A DNA stretch of 64,000 nt from Eledone cirrhosa (lineage: Eukaryota). The DNA lies in the NCBI GenBank assembly GCA_964016885.1, contig OZ024743.1, positions 54,374,001 to 54,438,000 on the forward strand. The letters run 5' to 3'. This document shows positions 1 through 14,351 of this stretch, in pieces. The notes under the pieces were generated by a model that did no database searches, was not told the origin of the DNA, and saw nothing but the letters and a program-made list of their open reading frames with translations. A program made the translations under genes and the position numbers. Each line of letters begins with the position of its first letter. Within the stretch, counting starts at the first letter, position 1.

Positions 1-393
1 CTGGATTTCGCAAAAGACATAATATTTTTTATTGGAGAAGATAAGATAAGATATTTTTCCGCAAAAATTTGATTGCACTGTTTTGTTTCCACTTCCATAT
101 GTATTTTTTGAAAATGTTGGATTGGCAGTATCGGTAGAGGGTCGGACGCCATGCTTTCCAGCATAGTTACATCCCTTTACGATCTGAGTTCAAATCCCGC
201 CGAGGTTGACTTTGCCTTTCATCCTTACGGGGTCGATAAAATAAAGTACCAGTAATGCACTGGGTATTTGCTGGCCTTGTGCCTAAAGTAGAAACAGTTA
301 TTTATTCATTATAAAAATTAAATGATAACATTCTATATTTAGGTGGGCCCCCTTCACCTGACAACCAATATTTTTAGACCTAGTCCGTCACTG
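1..393 (-). mobile_element. DNA-transposon-like (hAT-type CAGTG terminus) end, interrupted by a SINE
   Basis: Reverse complement of 1145-1352 apart from the SINE at about 119-296. Terminus CAGTG(A/G)CGGACT. Confidence 0.65.
119..296 (+). mobile_element. tRNA-derived SINE family 1
   Basis: A box TGGCAGTATCGG, B box GAGTTCAAATCC, central CTTTGCCTTTCATCCTTACGGGGTCGATAAAATAAAGTACCAG and tail TAGAAACA. Boundaries are defined by the empty site at about 1240-1255. Confidence 0.85.
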
Positions 394-1144
394 TATATAT
401 ATATATAATGCATAATGCCAATCATTGTAAGTTTGAATCTAACTGACATGGAAAAACATATATATAGGAATAAGGTAAGCCAAAATCATAGTAGGTTCAA
501 TATCACAGGGAGAAAGAAAGAGAAAGAGAAAAAGAGAGAGAGAGAGAAACGAGGTGGAACAGAAATAAAACATGGATTGCTGGTCGAAATGTAGTGTAGA
601 TAGATGAGAAACAAAACGAGGATTTAGTTTATGGAACACCCAAATGATTTAGAAGTCGACATTAAGTTGGAGTAATAACATTAAGAAAGACATGAACGAC
701 ACCACATTATTTTATTTTAAAAATTTTGAAAGTAGGTTTATAAGTATGAATTTTCATAAGAATTTTCGTAGTTGTCTCTGTGGCCTAGTGGTGGGTACTA
801 GAGACGGTGGAGATACTGGCCTTGTGTTCAATCCTGGTCAAGAGGTACATGTAATCTTTTAGTTTTCTATTTTACAACCCATAGGAAAAAAACTGAAAAG
901 GTTTACTGGGAACCCTACTCCCGACCAAGATTGAACTTCAAACCAGGATCACAATCGTCTATGATTCCTCCAACTAGGCCACCGAAACAACTACAAAAGT
1001 ATAATGAAAATTGATAATTATAAATCTACTTTCAAAATTTCAAAATCAAAGTTACGAATTTTATATACTATTAATATATCTAACTTAATTTTACTGTCTT
1101 GTGTGCTTTACTGGTTTTCTTTTACTTTTTCACATACATAAACA

Positions 1145-1352
1145 CAGTGGCGGACTGGGTCTAAAAATATTGGTTGCCAGGAGATGAAGTGGGTCCACCT
1201 ACATATAGAATGCTATCATTTAATTTTTATAATGAATAAATAACATCTTCGAAAAATACATGGAAGTGGAAACAAAACAGTGCAATCAAATTTTTGCGGA
1301 AAAATATCTTACCTTCTCCAATAAAAATTATTATGTATTTTGCGAAATCCAG
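1145..1352 (+). mobile_element. Second copy of the same transposon end (no SINE)
   Basis: Starts CAGTGGCGGACTGGGTCTAAAAATATTGGTTG. Confidence 0.65.
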
Positions 1353-1625
1353 AGTCTTTCAATAATGACCAGAAGTCGACCCTAAATATTACTAATAGCT
1401 CTAGGATAGCCATGAACGACACCACATCTTTTAAACTTTGATTTTGCAATTTTCATTATACTTTTGTAGCTGTTCGGTTTGTAAAATTCGTAACGTTTCG
1501 GTGGTTCATGCGCAAGAAGGTAGAATGAAAAATAAAAGACGAAATAGAATGAGAGTGGAGAGTGAGAAGAAGAAATGGAAAATATATTTTTATAAAGAAG
1601 CACATGTGTGTTCTGTTCGCCAGTT

Positions 1626-1669
<44 letters not shown>

Positions 1670-1713
1670 TAAGTATATATATGAAAATATATGAGTGTAT
1701 ATATATATACGCA

Positions 1714-1760
<47 letters not shown>

Positions 1761-2090
1761 ATATGTATATATATATATACAACATATATATATATGGAGG
1801 GGGTATCTCTTTTTCTCTCTCTCTCTATCTCTCTCTCTCCCTCTCTCTTTCTCCCTCTCTTTCTATATATATATATGGAGAGATACCTGCAGAAATAAGA
1901 ACACGACGCTATTATATGCAAGTCGAGAGGTTTTAGGTTGAACTCCCACAAGAATCCAGGGCTACTTGGATACATTTTGGCGTCAGTGTCGGTGCATTAA
2001 TTTTCTCCTGAGTAGTGTCCAGTTCTGGAATCGAATTCAAGACATCACTATCATGAACCAAACACTCTAACTTGTAAATATATATTTGTA

Positions 2091-2137
<47 letters not shown>

Positions 2138-2192
2138 GTCAGGGTTTTTTTACAAAATGAAAAATAACCGAGGTCTCCTTCACGAGTGAAAG

Positions 2193-2516
2193 TATAAAGA
2201 AAAAGAGATGCAATCGAAAATGCAACTGGAGTCTTATTTTTTTTAAAAATATATATATTTATTTGGTTCCTTTACCGGTTTCGCAGTTCTTCTGCTTTTC
2301 AAAAGGTGAGTTGAGATGGAGGGTCTGTGGTTTTTCTCATCAGATGTCTGTGGTTTTTCTCATCAGATGGGAGAAAAACCACAGACCCTCCATCTCAACT
2401 CACCTTTTGAAAAGCAGAAGAACTGCGAAACCGGTAAAGGAACCAAATAAATATATATATTTAAAAAAAAAAAAAGACTCCAGTTGCATTTTCGATTTCA
2501 TCTCTTTTTCTTTATA
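2193..2516. repeat. Near-perfect palindrome, arms about 146 bp
   Basis: 2193-2338 is the reverse complement of 2371-2516. The spacer contains a tandem duplication of GTCTGTGGTTTTTCTCATCAGAT. Confidence 0.95.
2403..2440 (+). ncRNA. Minimal hammerhead with U3-A8 core variant (mirrored on the minus strand at 2269-2306)
   Basis: CCUU-UUGAAAA-GCAG(AAGAA)CUGC-GAAA-CCGG-UA^AAGG: perfect stems I and II and palindromic ACCGGU stem III. Confidence 0.7.
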
Positions 2517-2567
2517 TATATATATATATATATATATATGCAGTATATATATATTTATATATATGTT

Positions 2568-2622
<55 letters not shown>

Positions 2623-2787
2623 GTATGTATATGTAATGTATGTAACCGTCGTTTGCCTGCTAAATGACTTCCTCACGCAATCTGTTAGCAATTGAACGTC
2701 AATTATATATAAGATTATCACATGTTACAGAAGAGACAAATATAAACCACATGTTTTATCTACACCCCTCTCACACATACCTTCCCA

Positions 2788-3717
<930 letters not shown>

Positions 3718-3787
3718 TAAGGATTTACTTCTATGTAGAGATAAAATTGTGTATATAATTTTATATTATTATTGTACTGGCTTTATT

Positions 3788-3926
3788 GGTGGATTGGCAG
3801 TATCGGTAGAGGGTCGGACGTTATGCTTTGACGTATAGAGTTACGTCCCTTGCCATTCTGAGTTCGAATCCCGCCGAGGTCAACTTTGAGTAATTGTTGG
3901 CCTTGTACCAAAAAGTAGAAACAATT
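3788..3926 (+). mobile_element. SINE family 1 (internally deleted) with target-site duplication
   Basis: TSD ATTATTGTACTGGCTTTA at about 3768-3785 and 3924-3941. Confidence 0.85.
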
Positions 3927-4065
3927 ATTGTACTGGCTTTAGTCTATGGACTCTGGAAATGTAGAAGCGCCTTTAGGGCATCTTAGATCACATCGCTTCT
4001 AGTACTTATTTCACTCAAGTATCTATTGTATCGATCTATATTAGTTGAAATACTATATATATATA

Positions 4066-4103
<38 letters not shown>

Positions 4104-4151
4104 TGTGTGTGTGTGTGTGTCTGTGTGTGTGTGTGTGTGTAACAAAGTAAG

Positions 4152-4304
4152 TGTGGTAAGATACCAGGTGGGCCATAACGCACCAGAATACTCGATACTT
4201 AGGGTAGTAAAGTGGGTAATAGGAAAAGATTCATGACCCCGACGGGTGGCTGATCTAGCGGTCGAAACGGTCAGAACTCAGCCGTCGGGGTGCTGACTCT
4301 TTTC

Positions 4305-4307
<3 letters not shown>
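4152..4307 (+). mobile_element. Short hairpin element, copy 1
   Basis: Homologous to 34190-34327 and 57073-57255. Contains GTCGAAACGG...CCGTCGGGG. Confidence 0.8.
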
Positions 4308-4385
<78 letters not shown>

Positions 4386-4542
4386 GGTACAAAATTTGGC
4401 TGAATACGACTGCTTTTTCGAGCAGCTCGTTACTTGCCGTTGTCCACCTAGCACTACCCCTCTGTTGACCGTTAATCACGTGATAATCTTTCAATTCAAA
4501 ATTATGGCTGGTAGCGGATAAAAATATTCATAAAATTGAGAA

Positions 4543-4622
4543 GTTCCCCGAAGAGCTGAGATTTCTCACAATACTTAGATACTAAGATTAGTATTATTAC
4601 TCAGCGAATCTACATTCGGAAC
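4543..4622 (+). ncRNA. Hammerhead-like motif with extended stem II
   Basis: GUUCC-CCGAAGA-GCUGAG...CUCAGC-GAAU-CUACAU-UC^GGAAC: 5-bp stem I and 6-bp stem II are perfect. The core deviates at positions 4 and 15.1. Confidence 0.6.
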
Positions 4623-4813
4623 ATCGAAGTAAATAAGCAAACATTTCTTACTAATATTCTTTACTTTTTTCCCAATATGATTTTATTATGCTGTGATAAA
4701 TTGATTTATATTAATTCAAAAGTGGTATTGTTTGGACTTGCGTTTAAAAAAAATATATATATATAAATATATGTATATTCAATATATATATGTATATATA
4801 TATATCTTCAATG

Positions 4814-4882
<69 letters not shown>

Positions 4883-4889
4883 ACATTGA

Positions 4890-5076
4890 ACTCCCAATCA
4901 TGAGGTTGTGAGTTCGATTCCTGGACCGGGCGATGCGTTATGTCCTTGGGCAAGACACTTTATTTCACGTTGCTCCTTCTACCTGGAGTTGCGATCATAG
5001 ATAGTATTAGCAATTGGAAAGACCAATGGAAACATTGTTTCCTCGGTCCGATTTGACGAAAGTCAATCGACTGTCA
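4890..5076 (+). mobile_element. SINE2-head chimera (second copy at 34391-34581, minus strand)
   Basis: GAGTTCGATTCC...TGTCCTTGGGCAAGACACTTTATTTCACGTTGCTCC is fused to a different body ending GACTGTCA. Confidence 0.75.
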
Positions 5077-5550
5077 TATATATATATATATAATATTATA
5101 CATATAAATGTAGAAATATATGTGTGTGAATGTATATATAGATGTGCGTGTGTGTGTGTTTGTGAGTGTGTGTGTGTCTAAGAAAAACATAATTGATAAA
5201 TCAGTTTTCTACATAAGAGCATATGTGTAATTGAACAACAATATCAACAACACTAACAACAATAACAGCAGTACTAAATCTGTTGAACGATTTACGATGA
5301 TTGTCAGATAGAGACTCCCTGCTGCTTTCTATCTACCTCATGTGGATTATATAAACACTTTATAGCAACGTGTTCTCTTTGATGTGCCACACATGATACC
5401 AATTTGTTTCTAGCAATTGTCTAAACTGAGCTTCAGTCAAAGATAATGTGCTCCCGGCTATAGATATTCAAACATCTTTGTTTGGATGAGTTGTCTCCTA
5501 GGATAGCAACCATAACATTTCACTTTTTATATTTTCTTATATATATATAT

Positions 5551-5616
<66 letters not shown>

Positions 5617-5647
5617 ATATATATATATATGTATGTATGTATATATA

Positions 5648-5741
<94 letters not shown>

Positions 5742-5751
5742 GTATATATAA

Positions 5752-5815
<64 letters not shown>

Positions 5816-5816
5816 G

Positions 5817-5909
<93 letters not shown>

Positions 5910-6112
5910 TTATACTCTCTAAACTCTCTGAGTTCAAATCCCGGCGAAGTCAACTTTGCCTGTCTTCCTTTTGAGGTCGATAAAAAAAGTATCTCATTTC
6001 CTCTCTCCCACTTTCTCTGGAAGCTTAAAATGTCCCAGAAACGCCGTATGTTAATACGGTGACCCTACAACTCTATCAGGAGTTATGAGAACACACACAC
6101 ACACATATATAT

Positions 6113-7166
<1,054 letters not shown>

Positions 7167-7251
7167 TATTGCTCTACGGTTCTTATATATTTGATATATA
7201 TTTATCCTTATCGAGCCCTCTTTGGATTTTAGTCTTCAAATATATTATTAC

Positions 7252-7346
<95 letters not shown>

Positions 7347-7871
7347 TACAATGAAATTATTATATTTCCTTATGAATGAAATATAAGCTCAGTTGATAGA
7401 ATATATGATAGAATCTTTCTGGTATTTATCTCTTTGCCCAGTGTTCAAATCCTACCGATGTCCCTTTAATCTTTTCGAGGCCAATACATAAAAGAAAACT
7501 TCACTTGTGGGGTCGATTTTGACAGTGTATCCTCTACCCTGCATGTAGGTCCCTGATTGAATATTTCTTCGGGCTCCTGTATATCATTTATGGTAAGGAA
7601 AGAAACATATTTGGGATAATTTAAATAACGTGGGTCCCTGGTCATAACCAAGTTATTCCACCACTCCCAATCCACCACTGCCTCTACTAAATCCCAAAGA
7701 ATTACTACCATTCTACATTGCTTGATTTAAATAATTCTATATTTAGAGAAGGAAATCTAGAGAGTAAATTGTTTCCACCGATTGAAACATCTAGAGACGA
7801 AGATAAATTTCGAGGTGAACTCGATACATGAAACATATCACGAGGATCACTGATAACTGGTACACTGTCGA

Positions 7872-8118
7872 GTATACGATGAGTATTCCAGTTGATACGA
7901 TCAACGGATCACTGCTTGTGAAATTAATGAGCACGTGGCTAAGCATTCCCCTGACTCGCGTACACATAGCGTAGTTTTCAGGAAGATTCTGAGTGGTGCA
8001 GAATGTGACATGGCTGATCCTTCGAATATCAGGTATAACTCGTTTTTGCCAGTTGAGTGGATTGGTCGAAAGCGAAATAAAATGAGCCGAATACTTTAAC
8101 CACTAAACCACGCGCCTT
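7872..8118 (-). mobile_element. tRNA-derived SINE family 2
   Basis: Homologous to 27570-27886, 44455-44765 and 27225-27390 (GTGAAATTAACGTGCA.GTGGCTGAGCA.TCC...GGGAGATTCAGCGTG). tRNA head GGCGCGTGGTTTAGTGGTTA. Confidence 0.75.
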
Positions 8119-8329
8119 CGCAAAGAGGTTACCATCGGCTTGTACGAGGAAAGGAACCTCGTATCTCCTAGATACCAACTAAGCGCTTTGAACCATTCAA
8201 CCAAAGGGCCATGACAAGTTGAACTGAAAATCAACTCAAATATATATTTTAAATCAGTCATAAAGAATCCATACATGATACCTAAACAGAAACCCTTAAA
8301 GAAGACTACATTTCTGGAGTTATCTAGGC

Positions 8330-8700
8330 ATTGTATATGTCAATGTGACGAAAGATAACTCCCACAACATACAACAAACACCATACTAAGAATAGATGCT
8401 GGGGTGTAGATGAATAAACTCAAACGTGTATTCCTGATTGAGTGTACAGTGGGTGGTGAAATCAACTTTGAATACCAAGAAAATAGGAAAGAAAGATATG
8501 CAGAATTAGAATTAATGGCCAATATATAACTAGACATTAACAGTGTAGATAGGAAGTAATGTCTAACGTTTTTCTATTCTTTTAGTTAAAAAGAAAACAT
8601 GCAAAAGGTTGAATGTGGCAGGTTTTACAGCTCTGAAGGCATGCTATACAATTTGGTTGTCAAGAAACAACAAGAGGTTCTTTGAAAATATGACCTCGTT
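8330..8700 (+). mobile_element. Relic of a HERO/NeSL-like RLE LINE 3' end
   Basis: Translation KRVFLIECTVGGEINFEYQENRKERYAEL and ALKACYTIWLSRN resembles the IELTVPWE...RK..Y..L and AE.AS.W.W..R motifs of RLE elements. Confidence 0.5.
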
Positions 8701-9032
8701 GTTAAACAAAATGTTCTTTCCTTGTCAGAAAAAGTTAGAGGAGTTATTATTTTATTTTATGAACAGAGAGCTGAGTCTAATATCTGTATGAGTGAAAAGC
8801 AAAAAAAGGAAAGCAGTGCTCAATCGGGAAGAGACCAGGAATTTTATATTTATGTTCATACACGGAACAAAAACGCTACCCAAGGATTCAAAGCTCTATA
8901 TTGACCATACCTCCAGAATACAAGAGGCATCAAAACTGCGGCCCATCTAGGCGCCTGAAGATAGGCCACAATTTTGATGCCTCTTGTCATATAAATGATA
9001 TAATAAAATATGATATAATTATATATATATGA

Positions 9033-9760
9033 GGGGCATACGACTCGGTTTGGATACTCCTGTCGCCCGTCATTTCTGTTCTCCTGATCATTCATTCTTC
9101 CCTACATGTTTCAGTCCTGGGTGTCCATGCATCACAGGCCTCGCGCACCAGGACTGAACAATGTCTGATTCACCGTCTTGGGTCCTATTCCCTTCTTGGA
9201 CTCAACTCATCTCCCCGATTTCTCTAATACCCCGTCCATTATCACACCCTTAGATTCCTATCGCTTTCTCTTGATCATTAGCAGCTTCTCATACTACTAA
9301 TGCATGCCGATACACACCCTTATATTAACATACTTTTGCTCATAGCTTCGTACTTACATGCACACACACTCTTTTACTCACATATACACACACATTTCTT
9401 CTTAGCTTCATACGGACCTATAATAACACGCAAACTCATGCTTTCAGTTTTCTTTCCATTTCAGGTGGACGCGCGCCATCACCCACTTTTCTAAAAGACA
9501 AATCATACACAAAACGCCAGCACCAACAGTTTTGCAAGAGATGTCAACATGAATGGACCTGTTATTTTTATCTAAAGACATTGTTTCCAATTCCATCCCG
9601 CCCGTCCCCTCAATCTATTTTATTTCTCATTCTTTCTTCTGATGAAGGACTAGCGTCCGAAACGTTAAGACCCTCTTCCTGCTATATCAAGTGTTAACCT
9701 ATATAGTGTTCCATATACTGTACCGATTGTGTTGTTATTTCTGTTTACCTTTTACATACA
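9033..9760 (+). mobile_element. Penelope-like 3' fragment (GIY-YIG C-terminus + pseudo-LTR with hammerhead)
   Basis: With one frameshift it reads DTPVARHFCSPDHS...VSVLG...RTRTEQCLIHRLGSYSLLGLNS*, a typical PLE endonuclease C-terminus. Hammerhead at 9635-9670. Flanked by TA repeats. Confidence 0.8.
9635..9670 (+). ncRNA. Minimal type I hammerhead ribozyme
   Basis: UCUU-CUGAUGA-A-GGAC(UAGC)GUCC-GAAACGUU^AAGA: intact core, stems I and II, and palindromic ACGU stem III as in dimeric PLE hammerheads. Confidence 0.8.
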
Positions 9761-9774
9761 TATATATATATAGT

Positions 9775-11494
9775 AAGGTGCATTATTGGTTGTGTAAAAT
9801 GGTCCAATAACTTTATGTTAGCAATATTAAGTTCTCCACGCTTTTGTATATCTCCAATTCCATTCAAAGGAACAGCTAGATGATGTAAAACGGAGTATAA
9901 GTATCAAAATGAAAATCCGAAGGCAAGGTAAAATTCCAATCATTTAATCACGACACATGTTTCAATAAGAGATAGATCGATTGTGAAGCCATGATTGATT
10001 ATCACTGATCTCATCAGGTGAAAATGAATTGTCTTCAAATTCTTGATATGAGGGAGAAAAAAAATAACGATGTTATCTCACAGAATTCATTCCCTCATAT
10101 GGCGACACACCAGTCAGAATCACGGCGACTGCTATTAGCTTCAGTTGAGGTCATAAAAGTTTTCAGATTTCTATCGCTGCAAAAGACGCTGGACATCAAT
10201 CAAATCTGTAGCGATACAGTCAGTCACAGTTAAAGTGAGTGGGTACACATACATTCCACACCCACATACACCGGCTTTAGGTCAAAGAAAAATATATACA
10301 TATATATACACACATTAACACAGTATTAAACATGTAGAGTTAGTGTGGGTGGGTACACACACACTTTCACACACACCGAAGCGATGTCCGAGAAAAAACA
10401 AATATAAGAAAACGAATATAATAAAACAAATATTAGAATGTACCAGCACAACACTAACCGAAAGTTAGTTCACAAAGCAACAGAAGCCATATTGGTCAAA
10501 TCTCAATTTGACGATGTAAATTGGAAATATTGGGTTAACCAACGCCCCACACATACACACACACACACACGAGAGTAAGTTCAGTTCAGTGTTCTGCTAT
10601 ACGTGTATAGATCGAATTGTAACATCCATATCTTCAAGTGTATGTTATGGTATATACACATCCGAATCGTCCAAAAAAGGGTATGTCCGGGTATATACAC
10701 ATCCATGTGAAGAGCAAGCAATCAGCTCATGTCGAACTCCTTGTGTACCGCTGTCCCATTGAGAATACGTGTCACCAAATCCGTGCGTGCAAGCAACCGC
10801 AATGTAGGCCAGCAAAGGGCTCCGTGTAGGGTTGGGTATTGGGTAAATGCGTCCGCAAGTGCGATTTCCCGTCATATGGGCCAATGAGCTTTTAAGATAG
10901 TTGTTTGAGTGGTGGAGGTGTGTTATCCAACACAGAAGGTGAAGTAAGAAAACACAGGATAGTAAAATACAAAGGATGTGTGTAGGCCCATTAATGGTGT
11001 GTCAGTATCATTGTTCAATCCGTAACAGTGAGTCCTCCATGGTTAGATGATCACGGATCAAAACCTGGTTAGTGTTCAGTCGGTAGGAACGTGACAGTCG
11101 TAATTGTGGGACCTTAATGTCTAAAGGAAACGGGTACTGTGTGTAGAGCTATGTATAGAGAGCGTAATCGGTCCTAACTAAGTATGTAATCAATCTAACT
11201 ATTTACTAGCTAGGTATTCTAAAAATGGGCGCTCAGCTGTGAGAACTCCGTGGAAACAGGCCGAGTATCGTTTGTAAGTGCGCAAACAATCTTAGCCGTC
11301 TAACTACCTAAGTGTGTGACTGTCTGCTTATTGAGAGAACTGTATGACTAAAGTAGAGAGGGAGGAGTTAGTGGTAGGTTACCTTCCAAAAATCCTGCGG
11401 AAGGTTTTCGAGGTTCTATGTTGGCAGTTGCTGAAAAAATCTGCTCTCCTATTAATTAATAGGGGGCCACCTCTAATAATATTAAAAGTTTCAG

Positions 11495-11496
<2 letters not shown>
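9775..11496 (-). mobile_element. Penelope-like 3' fragment (ORF tail + long 3' region with hammerhead)
   Basis: [22 protein letters not shown] (11379-11470) parallels TLIIKKSELFSSCLHKATSTF of the 58.8 kb Penelope. Hammerhead at 9949-10020. Confidence 0.65.
9949..10020 (-). ncRNA. Type I hammerhead with long stem II insert
   Basis: CAC-CUGAUGA-GAU...AUU-GAAAC-AUGU-GUC^GUG: canonical core and GUC cleavage triplet. Stem II pairing is weak. Confidence 0.6.
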
Positions 11497-11557
<61 letters not shown>

Positions 11558-11775
11558 TATATAAACATATGTGTGTGTGTGTGTATGTATGTGTGTATGT
11601 GTGTGTGTGTGTTTGTGTGTGTATGTGTATATATATATATATATATATGTATATATGCATATAATAATAATATTAGTATTATACTTATATATATAATCTA
11701 TATACAATTATAAATACGAAAAGGTAATATATTATATTATTGATAATTAAACAAAAATTTGATTGTTTTATATTT

Positions 11776-11858
<83 letters not shown>

Positions 11859-11859
11859 A

Positions 11860-13250
11860 TAATATTAATAAATGGAAACTATCTTTATAAAACCATATTT
11901 ATTTTATTATATATATTATATAATATATATATAAGGGTACCAATATTTTGGCACGCTCTCATCAGATAAAATACAAAAGTTGTTTTACAGATAGTTACAT
12001 ATCCCAAAACAAGAACTTATCGTTTTAGGTTCTGTTTGAATAGTGAAAAAGAAATTCAAATCTTAGGATGAATATGTTAATGAGGATAACGTAAAGTTGA
12101 AACAGATCGATATATTTAGACGCTAGGTAAATTAAAATAATTATTAGGATTATTTTTTAAGGGAAGGAGGGAAAGGGGTTAATATTAATATTACGGTGGA
12201 AGAAAATTTAAGGAAAGAATATAAGAAAAATGTATATTAGAGTTAGAAATAGACTATTATTATTAATATATAATTGTATGGAACGTATTAGTGATGGTGT
12301 AAAGAGAGTGAAACAATTATATTTATTTATTAAATTATATAATTATATATCTTGGGAGTATCTATAATATACTATGAGAATTATAAATGTGTTAAAGTGG
12401 TAGAATATTAATTTTAAAAAGTGAGAGATACTACTATTGGGTCTATTCTAATAGTGAGTTTTAATATTATAGAGATAATATTTATAAGTATATTTTATGA
12501 AGAATTAGGGTTATAAGTATATTTTATTTTATTATATTACAACAGGTTATTTATATATGAATAATTTTGGTGAGTATATATGTTGTTTTTATTAATAGAT
12601 AGATCATTTAAATCATTTTTTTTATATATGAAGAGTTACGATGAATTTTTGTTTACATTTTCAATATATGTTTTTTAGAAAGAGGAAGTAGTCCTATTTT
12701 ATTATAGAAGATTATTTTGTAATATTCAATAGTTGCATCAAGATAGGAATACATTATGAAATTATACAAAAAATTTTTTTTAATATTTATGTAAAGTTTA
12801 GTTGTTACATAGAAAAAATGTGTAAGCGTGTTGCATTACAAAGGAAAAGATAACTCCATATTTCTTAGTTAAAATAGTAAGTTACATTTACCGTTTATTC
12901 TAGAATTTACTTTTAAAAAAATATTCTAATTAAGATATATTTAAAAAAATATATTTTATATATTATTTTATATATGATTTTATAGTATCATATATTAAAT
13001 ATTTTAAAGATAAAATCTTTTTATATATATATTTAGATAGCATTCCTTATATCTATGCATAGGTCAATGATATTAAGTATTTATATGTATGATTTGCAAT
13101 GTCAATATAGGCTATTAGGAAGAAATACTATAGACATCAAAAGTATATTCGAAAACATCATAAAACCATCACAAAAAAGATATATTTCAAAATATCATTA
13201 AAAAAAAACATCACAAAACATCAACGAAGCATAGCGAATATAATATTACT
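11860..13250 (-). mobile_element. AT-rich 3' region of a Penelope-like element related to 59350-60898
   Basis: Shares the terminal hammerhead-like motif (11915-11970) and a C-rich CCCCTTTCCCTCCTTCCCTTAAAAA patch with the 60.5-60.9 kb region. Inner boundary uncertain. Confidence 0.5.
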
Positions 13251-13524
13251 GATATTAACTCCAGAAGAATTTTGTAGAGTGCTTCGAATCTGTTATAAAT
13301 AAATTTGTTGAATAACCAACAAATTAAATAACTCTTCGCTTATATTCTTCCCTTCATACTCTTCCTTTATACTCTTCCCTTCATTCTACACATCTCACAC
13401 ATCTTATACACACCACGCATCTCAACATACACCCACTTACATCTCTCTCTCCACCACCGGACCTTGTTACCCGGAGATTTACCCATTTGCATTGTCGAGG
13501 CTTCCAAACGACTTCAAGATATTT

Positions 13525-13574
<50 letters not shown>

Positions 13575-13578
<4 letters not shown>

Positions 13579-13798
13579 AAAGGTAAACAGAAATAACAAC
13601 ACAATCGGTACAGTATATGGAAGGTATATATTAGGTTAACGCTTGATATATCAGGAAGAAGGGCTTAACGTTTCGGTCGCTAGTCCTTCATCAGAAGAAA
13701 GAATGAGAAATAAAATAGATTGCGGGGACGGACGGGATGGAATGGAAAAATGTCTTTAGATAAAAATAACAGGTCCATTCATGTTGGCATCTCTTGCA
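13575..13798 (-). mobile_element. Solo Penelope pseudo-LTR copy with hammerhead
   Basis: Reverse complement of about 9533-9757, with few substitutions. Flanked by (TA)n. Confidence 0.85.
13663..13698 (-). ncRNA. Minimal hammerhead, second copy
   Basis: UCUU-CUGAUGA-AGGAC UAGC GACC-GAAACGUU-AAG, with one stem II mismatch. Confidence 0.7.
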
Positions 13799-13809
13799 TA
13801 TATATATAT

Positions 13810-13856
<47 letters not shown>

Positions 13857-14351
13857 TTACTATATATATATATAGTAATACTACTACTGTTACTACTACT
13901 AATAATAATAATTATTATTATTATTATAATAATAATAATAATAATATTAAATGTGAAGACTAAAATTCAAAAAGGGCTCGATAAGGATAAATATATATCA
14001 AATATATAAGAACCATAGGGCAAACATTAAAATAACAGATTCAGGTTTAAGCAAAGAACCGCTGCTTTCACCCTTAACGGGATCTTCTGGAATAAAAAAA
14101 AAAAAAACAATCTATGAACGCAGAAGTAAATATTTCTAAAAACGTTGCAACCGAAGGAAAACAGGAAGACGATACTTTAGTTCGTGAAGACGTTGCCTGG
14201 CAATGAACGGAAAAAAATGAGATAATACGTCGTTATGTGTAGCGTGGTGAACAATTACACACAAAACAACGTTTATGGTATAAATGGAGTCATTAGACTA
14301 ATATTCTATTTAGGAAACCGAATGATTCTCGGCTTAGGAGTTAAGAATAAT

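Noticed and set aside
780-842. Possible tRNA gene
   Set aside because: A and B boxes are present but no convincing cloverleaf; it is a tRNA-derived repeat head, as are the SINE heads.
2330-2370. Two CTGATGA boxes on the minus strand in the palindrome loop
   Set aside because: No stem II or GAAA follows; they arise from a short tandem duplication.
10150-10230. Minus-strand 7-bp stem followed by GAAA, with CUGACUG upstream
   Set aside because: The core deviates at two conserved positions and no stem I or III was found.
11690-13250. Possible organellar (NUMT) insertion because of extreme AT content
   Set aside because: No recognisable mitochondrial gene, rRNA or tRNA; better explained as a Penelope 3' region.
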